DNA of 64,000 nt from the human T2T-CHM13v2.0 reference genome, Homo sapiens. The DNA is taken from assembly GCF_009914755.1 (NCBI RefSeq), contig NC_060926.1; one strand, written 5' to 3'. Within the stretch, counting starts at the first letter, position 1; each line of letters opens with the position of its first letter. The notes under the pieces are model-generated. The model was not told the origin of the DNA and did no database searches. It saw only the letters and a list, made by a program, of their open reading frames with translations. This document shows, in pieces, positions 14,878 through 26,212 of the stretch. Both the position numbers and the translations under genes were made by a program.

Positions 14878-15128
14878 TCAGTGAGAGGTACTTGAAATAA
14901 AATCATTGTTCTCCAAGAAAAATGCATGCTAAATAATACAGAGCTACCAGATTATTAAACAGCAAAGGCATTTCATAATATTAGCACCAACCACAGGTTC
15001 CACTTCTGCTGATGCACAAAATTTTGAGTAATTAGTCATTGCACAATGTTGTATTTATATTCATTTTTGCTCGAGCTGTTAGGCCACAAAATCAGTAGGC
15101 AGTTGCTGTTATAAAAGGATTCTCTGGG

Positions 15129-15194
15129 TTATTTATAATGTTTCTGCTTCTTCACACTTGCTGCTTCACTCTTGGGTCTTGAGCCAGGTCTACA
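15129..15194 (-). CDS. RBKS: Candidate alternative terminal coding exon of RBKS: CRPGSRPKSEAASVKKQKHYK*
   Basis: Strong minus-strand acceptor cagttccttccttcattttcacAG (AG at 15195-15196). Phase 0 gives 21 codons plus TAA (15129-15131), compatible with the phase-0 exon 7 donor. AATAAA about 250 nt downstream (14872-14877). I recall this C-terminus from an annotated short isoform but cannot verify it here. Confidence 0.7.
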   Translation of the reverse strand, partial: CRPGSRPKSEAASVKKQKHYK

Positions 15195-15566
15195 CTGTGA
15201 AAATGAAGGAAGGAACTGAGCAATTGTTCTGTGAATCTAACTGCATTGAAAGCTGGTGTGGATGATTCACAACCAACTGTGTATGTCTTGGCTGGTGCAC
15301 CTGGTATATTTGTCTACACAACCCAAATTCGTCATATACTGGCTGATTTGTCACTTTATCAGGGAAGGATGCATAGTTACGTGAAGGCTGTGTTTCTACC
15401 AGGAATAAGCTAGTGTCTAAGGCACAGGTGGTAGGGCAAGTATCTGAACTAGCATTATGTTGCAAAAGAGTTACCTTCAAATGTCAGTTACTTTAAATGA
15501 AGGATTGATTTCTGCTCCAAATGCTTGCCTGTTACACAGATCATTCATTCCCTAGAAGGCAGGCAT

Positions 15567-15604
15567 ACTGGATGGAAGGGCATTTACCGGATGGAAGGGC
15601 ATTT
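15567..15604. repeat. 19-bp tandem duplication
   Basis: actggatggaagggcattt followed by accggatggaagggcattt. Confidence 0.9.
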
Positions 15605-15859
15605 ATGGATCACCTGAGATTTTAATTTTATTTTTTGTAAGTTATACAGGCATCTTTCTGTGCTATCTGCAGAGAATCACTGATGACAGGAACTCTTTCT
15701 AGTGGGAGTAGGTTTTAGCCTTTATGTGAGTCGGAGTAAAAAATATGCTGAAAACCACTCAGACTGACAGAATGATCTGTTTGTTTCAACTATGAAATAA
15801 CCATCTTAGTTATCGCCCCACTGCCCCCACTTTTTTTAAGGAAATGAACTATCTTTATG

Positions 15860-16540
15860 TCATCTGAATTCCCATGAGCTCTCAAACCCACTTCTCAGCA
15901 TCCCCATTTCCACTTCCCTAGTCCAGGCTGCCACCATCTCTCACCCAGATCAATACGACAGTCTCTGGACTGTTCTCCCTGACTCCAGTCTTGTAAACTC
16001 CAATTTATTCTTCACACAGCAGCCATATTAATCTTTTTATAAAGTATAAATCTGATCAAATGTATCCCTTGCTTAAATGGCTCCCCATTGCCCTCAGAAG
16101 TGTGAATTCTCAGAAGTGGCAAAGGAAGCCCTTTACAACCCAACCCTGCCACCTCTCCACTTCATCCTTAACTCTCCTTTGTACTCAGGTCTTTCCAAAT
16201 GGAACTATTTGAAGCAGCACAAATATGCCATGCTCCCTTTAGCTGCTTCATGAGCTGCTGCCTCTGCCTGAGTGCCACTTTACCAAGCTGCCTCTGCCTT
16301 ATCCTTCAGCTCAGCTCCTTCCCTTACCCTCTCAAACAGCTTCCCTGGGCTCCTCAGGCTAGGTGGGCCCCCTCCACTGCATCACCATGGGACTTCTCAT
16401 TCTAGCTGTATGGACTATGCACTCTTCTAGATTCCAAGCTCTTTGTGGCCAGGGACTGTCTTATTATGCCAGTGTGTCCCTGGCATACCAGTGTATATCC
16501 ACTGTGTGGCATGTGGAAAATTCAGAGTGTGCTGAATAAG
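15860..16540 (+). mobile_element. LINE-2 3' end
   Basis: ccctagtccaggctgccaccatctctcacc...ttcttcacacagcagcc...aaatctgatca...agggactgtctta. Confidence 0.75.
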
Positions 16541-17169
16541 AAAGTGTACAGTGGGATGTGCCTCATTCCATTTTGCCATTCTTTCCAATAGAATATTTCC
16601 TATTTCTTAAGGAACTGTTTTCAGTTCTAGAGGCTGCTTTTGTATCATTAGTCTTGGAACTCCCACGATGCTCTGAGAATAAGATGAAAGGCAGCCTGAG
16701 GACCTTGACTGTGATCACTGCCTGTGAAGAAACCCAATTTAGGCTTCTCTTTGTAGCAATGTTGTAGCCTAGAGATCTGAAAACTCTCCTTCTACAAGAT
16801 ACTCAGAACTCTGGGATAAAACAGAAGCCTTATTACTATTAATATATCTAAAAAATAGAAATAAGATTTTCCCAGAGTCCAAAAACAAAGAGAGTTCTAA
16901 AAACTAGCACGGCAAGAGCATAAACTATGGCCATCCAAGCAGTTTGCTGGTCCGGGTAATCATGGGGCTTGGGTTTTAATGGCCATGTTTGGACAAAAGG
17001 TGGGTTTCAAGCAAAGTGGAGTGCTGGAACTAAGACTCCTACAGAAAAGATGAACCAGGAAAAAAAAATTCCACCACTGGCTCAGAGAAACAGCAACAAA
17101 TCCTGTCACTGAGACTTTGTAATGTGATCCTCTTCCTAAGCAGTTTGGGTTGTGAAATTTATACTACCT

Positions 17170-18201
17170 TTTGAGAAGTGTTTGTTCATATCCTTTGCCC
17201 ACTTTTTGATGGGGCTGTTTTTTTCTTGTAAATTTGTAAGAAATTTATGCAGCCAACAGACACAGGAAAAAATGCTCATCATCACTGGCCACCAGAGAAA
17301 TGCAAATCAAAACCATAATGAGATACCATCTCACACCAGTTAAAAAGTCAGGAAACAACAGGTGCTGGAGAGGATGTGGAGAAATAGAAACACTTTTACA
17401 CTGTTGGTGGGACTGTAAACTAGTTCAACCATTGTGGAAGACAGTGTGGCGATTCCTCAAGGATCTAGAACTAGAAATACCATTTGACCCAGCCATCCCA
17501 TTACTGGGTACATACCCAAAGGATTATAAATCATGCTGCTATAAAGACACATGCACACGTATGTTTATTGTGGTACTATTCACAACAGCAAAGACTTGGA
17601 ACCAACCCAAATGTCCATCAATGATAAACTGGATTAAGAAAATGTGGCACATATATACCATGGAATACTATGCAGCCATAAAAGGATGAGTTCATGTCTT
17701 TTGTAGGGACATGGATGAAGCTGGAAACCATCATTCTCAGCAAACTATCGCAAGGACAAAAAACCAAACACCGCATGTTCTCATTCATAGGTGGGAATTG
17801 AACAATGAGAACACTTGGACACAGGAAGGGGAACATCACACACCAGGGCCTGTTGTGGGGTGGGGGAAGCGGGGAGGGACAGCATTAGGAGATATATCTA
17901 ATGTAAATGATGAGTTAATGGGTGCAGCACACCAACATGGCACATGTATACATACGTAACAAACCTGCACATTGTGCACATGTAACCTAGAACTTAAAGT
18001 ATAATAAAATAAAAAATAAAGTACTTAGAAAAGTGCTTAGAAAAAAAAAAGGGTTAAAGTTAGGATTAAGGTATAGAGATAGACCTGAAGAACAGATCAT
18101 CTAAAATATGTAGTTTTATATGCTGTAGTACATTTTAACAAAGGTTTCATAATATAAAGCAGAAATAAACAGACAAAAAGAAGCCATTAAAAAAAAAAAA
18201 A
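17170..18201 (+). mobile_element. 5'-truncated L1PA (L1PA4-like) with 5' inversion and 3' transduction
   Basis: Perfect 16-bp TSD gaaatttatactacct (17154-17169, 18202-18217). Antisense ORF2 piece 17170-17237; sense ORF2 C-terminus (ORF 17300..17689) plus 3' UTR to about 18020; extra non-L1 sequence 18021-18188; A13 tail. Confidence 0.95.
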
Positions 18202-18219
18202 GAAATTTATACTACCTGT

Positions 18220-19040
18220 GTGGCCAGAAATTCACAAGCCAAGAGATCAAAATAAAAGTATTCCTCAGCTAGGGATACTCCTGGGGCAGCAGGCAGAAGC
18301 AAAGGCAAATTTCTCTGGCAAGAAATACCTTCAACCTAGACTACATAGGATTCTCACAGATCAAGTACCACTGAAGATAAGCTCACAGCCCGCAATTATA
18401 AAACATGTGACAAAACAATCTACCATGAAGAGTAAGCAGTTAGACATGAAATTAGTCCTCAGCAATTTCAGATAATAGAGTCAGCTAAAAGAAACTACAG
18501 ACACATGTTTAAAATGATTAAAGACAAAATAAGAAATTTTAAAATAAGAATCTACCATATGAAAGAATGGACAGGTTTGAGATAGAATCAAATGGAAATT
18601 TTAGAAATGAAAAATACGGTTTCTAAACACAAAAACAGGTTTCTAAACAAATTAGGCATGGCTAAGAAGACAATTAATGAACTGGGCAAAAGACCTGAAG
18701 AAATAACCCAGAATATAGTACTGAGAGTCCAGGATATAGAAATTATGAAAGAGACAAAATTTAAAAGACATGAAGAATAGAAAGAGAAGGTCTACATAGA
18801 TCTATATCTATATATCTATATATATATATGTATGGAGAGAGAGAGAGAGCGAATATCTAATAGGGTTCCCAGAGAAAATAGGGGAAAGGCAACAATAAGA
18901 GAAAATGGTTGTGAGTTTTTCAGAATTGATGAAAAACATAAATACTGAGATTCAGGAAGAAGAGTCACGAGCAGTATAAATAAATTCAGATCTAGATTCC
19001 CTGTAGTAAAACTGCAGAATGACAAAGAACGAGACATTTT
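18220..19040 (+). mobile_element. Ancient L1M/HAL1 ORF1 relic
   Basis: ORF 18592..18780 (MEILEMKNTVS...INELGKRPEEITQN) resembles the L1 ORF1p coiled coil; heavily degraded. Confidence 0.7.
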
Positions 19041-19086
19041 AATAAGCTAATACTGTCTTCAAATGTATTATTAATAGCTAAGTTCT

Positions 19087-19383
19087 GGTTCAGTGTGGTG
19101 GCTCATGCCTATAATTCCAGCACTTTGGGAGGCTGAGGTGGGAGGATTGCTTGAAGCCAGGAAGGAGTATAAGACAAGGCTGTGCAACAAAGTGAGACGC
19201 CAGCTCTAGAAAAAAAAAAATCAGCTGGGCATAATGGTGTATGCCTGTGGTCCCAGCTACTCAGGAGGCTAAGGTGGGAGGATGGCTTGAGCCCAGGAGT
19301 TTGAGGCTACAGTGAACTATGATGGTGCCACTGCACTCCAGCATGGGTGGCAGAGTGAGACCCGATCTCTTAAAAGAAAAAAA
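19087..19383 (+). mobile_element. Alu (AluJ-like)
   Basis: Dimeric Alu. Confidence 0.9.
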
Positions 19384-20099
19384 GCTAACCTCTTCATAAC
19401 ATTAAGCATCTTAAACACAGGTGTCATAGTGTGTTTGTAATATTTTATTTCTTAAAACTATCAGAAGCAAAAATAGCAAAATGTTAAAAATCAATAAAGC
19501 TAGGTGGTGAGTCAATGGATGTTCATGATATTATTCTCTATACTGTTTAGTGTGGTTGAAATATTTCATTTGAAGGAAGAAAGGATAAAAGGAGGAAAGG
19601 AAGGAAGGAAAGAGAGGCAATCTGATTTGCCTTGGACTAGTGAGGGGCGAAATAAATGTATGTATTTAATGCAAATTATAGTCACATACAACTTGATCTA
19701 AACAATTAGATTCCTACATATTAAAACTAAAAGTTAAAGAGAATACTAAATGAAGGAAAAAGATTTTCCTAATTGGGAACAGGACAGTCATGCGGAAGGC
19801 ACCTAGCAGATGTCACTATAATCTTTTTCTAATTTTTGTTTGCTTGACCAAGGAAAGAAAACAATGTAACATTTTCAGTTTTTAGAGCATCTCTTAGGGG
19901 AGATGTACTTCACCTAACCTCTGGATCCCTTTGATCTCCAAATCCATAGCTTTTTCAGAGGTTGTACCACAGTATAGAACACTTCTGTATTTGTTCTTAA
20001 AGGAACTGAAATAGGAAGAGGAAAGCAAGAATGAATTGCTTTATAGCTGAACTCTGTCCCACTGCAGTACATTCTGTTCACACACACACGTACACATAA

Positions 20100-20645
<546 letters not shown>

Positions 20646-21754
20646 CTAGGTGGTTTTCTTTCACCTCCTCATAATTTCAGGTCTACCCTAGAAACATTGT
20701 CACTCAATGGAAACCACTAAGAAAATCTTTTGTGTTGTCCTGGCAGTTTTGCTCCTGAGAACACCATTACAACACCCTAGGAAGATGGGCGAGGAGTAGA
20801 CCACAGGCTCACTGCCATATTATCACATCAATGTCTTAGAAGCTTAAGGAGGGTGGACAGGTGGGGCTTAGACGTAGGAAGCTAAGAGGAAGCGAAATCC
20901 TAATCGTAGATGGGTAAGCAAGCTCCCATAACCTTATACAATGCCCTCTCACTGGGCAGAGGGACTATTTCATGTCTAGGTCCACAGAACATTCTAAATC
21001 TAGATTTAGTTCTTTCTCTCTTGACTTTTTCCAAGGCTGAAACAATGGTTCCTTTTCTGTACTGTACATCCACTTCCATACCCCACTTCTACTACCATAT
21101 TCCTCTTTCAGTCCCTGGCCGTATTTGAGTTCTGAAGCAGGGCCAGGGGCCCAGATCCCCTCAGGGAGCCCCTAAGCTGTCAGGCGGTAGTCACATGTAC
21201 ACGCATGTCCAGGTCTGTGGGACAGTACCTTGGGAAAATGGAAAAAACAGCCTTAGATTTGGCCCTGGTTCAATTCCTCAAAGTGAAGATGACATTTCTG
21301 GTAAGCAGTTACAATTAGATTTCTAGAGCCCTGGGTATTCAACTGATCACACGCAGGATTAAGAAAGATAATTTAAAATATTGAATTCTGCCTGATTAGC
21401 TAATAAATGAGGTGATCTGTTGATGTGGAAGTAATGTAATAGAGCTAATATGGCCCCCTGGGCATGACAGATGTCTTGTGCCTTGTCTATCCATCTCTTC
21501 TGCAATTACCTTGTCCTCTGTCCTTTCCTTACAGTCAGTGAACAACTTTTTGTCTTCTTCATTTTTTCCAGCCACCAGAGTGTGCAGAGTTTTACTAACA
21601 TCATTTCTAAGGTTAAGAGGGCTGTTTCGGAACCTCATTTGGGTTTTCTTTATTCTATGATGCTGATTTCAGAGATGTTGTGCACTCTCTGTAACTTAGT
21701 TTTTTTTGGCCTGGTCTTTGTATGACTGTAGGTAAAACAATCTAAGGATATGTG

Positions 21755-22045
21755 TTTTTTTGTTTTTTTGTTTTTTTGTTTTTGAGGAGTCTCCCTCTGT
21801 CACCCAGGCTGGTCTCGGCTCACTGCAAGCTCCGCCTCCTGGGTTCAGCCATTCTCCTGCCTCAGCCTCCCGAGTAGCTGGGACTACAGGTGCCTGCCAC
21901 CACGCCCAGCTAATTTTTTGTATTTTTAGTAGAGACAGGGTTTCACTATGTTAGCCAGGATGGTCTCGATCTCCTGACCTCGTGATCCACCCGCCTTGGC
22001 CTCCCAAAGTGCTGGGATAACAGGCGTGAGCCACCGCGCCCGGCC
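21755..22045 (-). mobile_element. AluY-like element with a small internal deletion
   Basis: gcaagctccgcctcc and ttagccaggatggtctcgatctcc diagnostics; TSD taaggatatgt. Confidence 0.93.
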
Positions 22046-22634
22046 TAAGGATATGTTTTAAAATGGAAAACTGGGCAATTATTCTGTTTTCAAATCATTT
22101 ATAAGGAGCATTTATATCTAAGATTTATTGTTTCCCTGGGCATCTTAAATGTAGAACTTAAGGAATGTAAGAAATCCAGTTGATCCCCTAGTCCCCTGAG
22201 AAAACTAAGGCTTAGGGAGGGTAAGCGACTCTTAACACTCAAACTAGTTACTTTCCCAGAAGGAACCAGAACTCTTTTATTATTTGCAGAGGGCCTGTTA
22301 TTATATGCCAAGCATTGTATTAAGCAGTGGGGTTGCCCCAAGAGAACCTCTGAGATGGACCTTAAGGATGGGCAGGAGTTTGCCTCAACTAAAAAGCTGG
22401 TTTGTGAATGTTAAAAAAGAAGAATCACATTTTCACTACCTTTATAGTTTAGCAGTTTATAGTTTAGCTTCTACTTAAAGAAATGTAATAAAAAAATGAT
22501 TTGGTTATAGTGTCTGAGAGTGGTGCACCTCTCCTCCAGGTTTGATCATTCACTGATGAGAATGAATGAACATGAGTTGTTCCAGAACCTTTGCTGTCTG
22601 GAATGGGCATGATCCTGCAACATCACTGTCCATG

Positions 22635-23143
22635 TGTATTAGTCCATTTTCACACTGCTATAAAGAAATACCCAAGACTGGGTAATTTATAAAGAAAGGA
22701 GGTTTAACTGACTCACAGTTCCGCATGGCTGTGGAGGCCTCAGGAAACTTACAATCATGGTGGAAGGAAGCACTGTCCCAGGGTATACATGGATTATTTC
22801 ATTTAACTGAGGCTGCAGTATACTGTACAAGGTAAGCAAGGCCTTTTCAAGATCTGGCAGCTTCTGAAGGTCTACAGAAAAGGAGTAATTATAGACGCCT
22901 GTATCATGACAAGTCACAAGTAGGCCCATCTTCCATGGCTGCAGGTGAGATAGAGCATGTGAAGGGAAGGGAGAAGAGCCCCTTATAAAATCATCAGATC
23001 TCGTGAGAACTCACTATCACAAGAATAGCATGGCGAAAAGTGCCCCCATAATCTAATCACCTCCCACCAGGTCCCTCCCTCAACACCTGGGGATTACAAT
23101 TCGAGATGAGATTTGGGTGGGGACACAGAGCCAAACTATATCA
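22635..23143 (-). mobile_element. THE1D/MSTA-type MaLR solo LTR carrying a 151-bp non-LTR insert
   Basis: tgtattagtcc...ccaaactatatca with TSD ccatg/ccacg; insert at 22770-22920. Confidence 0.92.
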
Positions 23144-23609
23144 CCACGTGGTCCTGCTCCTTACCATGGTAGGAAGAAGCTGGAGTTGCATCATGGTGCA
23201 TTATACTAATATACAGAGCCAAGAGAATATCCATTCTGCTTAATGGTGGGTGATACAAGCTCCTGGTCTACGCTACCTGGTACCTAAATGATCCATAAAG
23301 TGGTAAAGTGAACAATCAGGTATATAGGGATGTACTAGTAAGAACTAACACATACTAAGGGCTTACATGTGCCAGGCACTGTTCTCAGGGTATACGTGGA
23401 TTATTTCATTTAAACGAGGCTGCAGTGTACTGTACAAAGTAAGCAAGGCCTTTTCAAGATCTGGCCGCTTCTGAAGATCTATAGACAAGGAGCCTGTATC
23501 ATGACAAGTGACAAGGAAAGTCAGTGCTGGAATGTCAAATAAGAGAGAGTGAAGACTAGGCAGACTGTCACCAAATCAAGAGGCAGGGTGGTGACTGAGG
23601 TAGCAAGTA

Positions 23610-23850
23610 CATGGGTGTTGGAGACAGACAGACAGACAGATAGGCAGACCGACCAACTTAAAAATCAATCCTGGCTCTGCCAACTTACCAGCTGTAGGCC
23701 CCTGGGCAGGTCATGTAACCTTTGAGAACCATAGTTGCCTCCTCCCTCAAACAGTCAAAAACCCATCCTGCAGGTTGTTCTGAGAATGTGAAGTAATGCA
23801 TAGAGTCCAGCATGATGCCTGGCACAGTGTGGTGCCCAGCTTTTATTATT
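23610..23850 (+). mobile_element. MIR
   Basis: aatcctggctctgccaacttaccagctgt...catgatgcctggcacagt. Confidence 0.7.
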
Positions 23851-24230
23851 AGCCTAAAGAATCCTCATGCCCCCAAAGAATCTAATTTCAGAGGCTAATG
23901 AACCAAGGAATTTCAGAGGTCAGAGGTGCCTCAGAGATCAGCCACACCAGACACATCATGCTTAGATGAACAACCTGAGCCCCAAACATAAGACATCATT
24001 TGCCCAAAGCAGCACCGCTAGTTAATGGCTAAATCAGGGTTAGAACTCAGGCCACTGGGACTGATGACTACAGCTAAACCATATGCAAAAACCCCTGAGA
24101 TATTTCACCAAAAAGATGATTTAGGCCAGTCCTCTTAGTTTGCTTTGGATTACTTTCTCCTTACAGAACAGCCAATTTTCTAGCATTCACTTCAGGTCAC
24201 TTCTGAAGCACATTCACTTGATTCCTTGTG

Positions 24231-24611
24231 TGTATTAGGCTGCTAGGGCTGCTGTGACAAAATACCATGGACTGAATAGCTTAAATAATAGAAATTTATT
24301 TCTCACAGTTCTGGAGGCTGGGAAGTCCAAGATCAAGGTACTGGCAAAGTAGGTTTCATTCTGAGGCCTCTTCTCTTGGCTTGTAGGTGGCCACCATCTT
24401 GCTGTGTGCTCACATGACTCTTTGTGTGCACACAGAGAGAGAGAGAAAAAGGGAGAGAGCGAGAGAGCTCTCTCCCATCGAACCAGGACCCTACCCCTTA
24501 TGACCTCATTTAACCATAATTACTTTCTTTTCCTATCTCCAAATACAGTCACATTGGGGGTTAAGGCTTCAACATATGAATTTTGGTGGGAACGCAATTC
24601 AGTCCACAGCA
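24231..24611 (-). mobile_element. MLT1A-type MaLR LTR
   Basis: tgtattaggctgctagggctgctgtgacaaaatacca...gaaatttatttctcacagttctggaggctgggaagtccaagatcaagg...caattcagtccacagca. Confidence 0.88.
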
Positions 24612-25695
24612 TGGTGTTACATGTTCCTCCATCTTTCATGAACCATTCCATCCAGGACTGTTTCAAATGGGAGATGAAGTACGTGAACTACCAAATACCT
24701 AAACATGAGGCATCACCTATTGGCCGATCCCTTTTACAACTCCAGATAATCCATCAACTGAAGACCAAGCAATGTGGCAAAAGCCAGAGTTAATATCACT
24801 CAAGCTATGATTAATTGTGAGACTGAGGGTTGAAGAGTTAAATGGAAATCTATAAGCAGATTCATTCATTCAGAAAACCTGAACGTGAGGAAAATTTGTC
24901 TGAAGATCTGCTGTACATTTGAATGACGAACAGAAACAGTGATGCTTTGACATTTATTCTGGTATTTCCAAGAAGAACTGTATAAAATAACATGTTTTCT
25001 GAGGAATGGTTTCTTTAAAAAGATTAAGGAAAAAAACCTGTCAAAGTATATAACAAACTACCAGACAGAAGGAGCCTCAAGTGCCCTCAATAGGAAGGTA
25101 ATGGAGATCTAAGTTTTTGGCACTAGGAGTCCATCCATTCAGAGTTTATCCTACGTCAAGGGGCTCCTCGGCCCAGTTACATGAAGATTATGAACTGCTT
25201 GAGAGGTTCTTTGTGAGGATAATGCCCAGTACACCCTCAGAGAAATGATATCACCGATCTTATTTGCTAGATGTGGCTCCAAATAGCTTTTGGTCATGCC
25301 CAAAGTCACATTTATTTCAAATTACAAAGTAATACATGAAAAATACAGGCTTATGGAAAAACTCAAATAATTCAGTAGAGTATGGAGTAGACAGAAGTCC
25401 CCCTTTATAACACCTTCTCCCCAGCCTATACCCCTTCCCAGGAATAATGATCATAACAGCTGGTGAGGTTTTTTCCAGATTTTAAAATATGCATTTACTT
25501 AGAGATAGCTAGAGAGTTACTTTCAAGTAAATGGCACTACATTATTATTCATATTTGCCCTTCTCCTATTGATGATTAGGAGGACACACCTTCTCAATTT
25601 TTGGTTATTGCAAACAAAGTTGAATTAAACATTCTTGTACAAATATTTGTGTATGTGAGCATTTTTGTAGGATAGACTCTTAGAAGGAGATTTAC

Positions 25696-26212
<517 letters not shown>

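Noticed and set aside
15190-15480. 96-aa minus-strand ORF beside the alternative exon, and a donor-like AAG|GTAACT at 15473-15474
   Set aside because: The ORF runs through the acceptor's pyrimidine tract in a different frame and stops at 15190, and I could not define a matching upstream exon for the donor.
17300-17959. 129-aa ORF with a CWRGC...HCWWDC motif
   Set aside because: It is the C-terminal end of L1 ORF2p in a 5'-truncated L1, with no promoter or reverse transcriptase domain.
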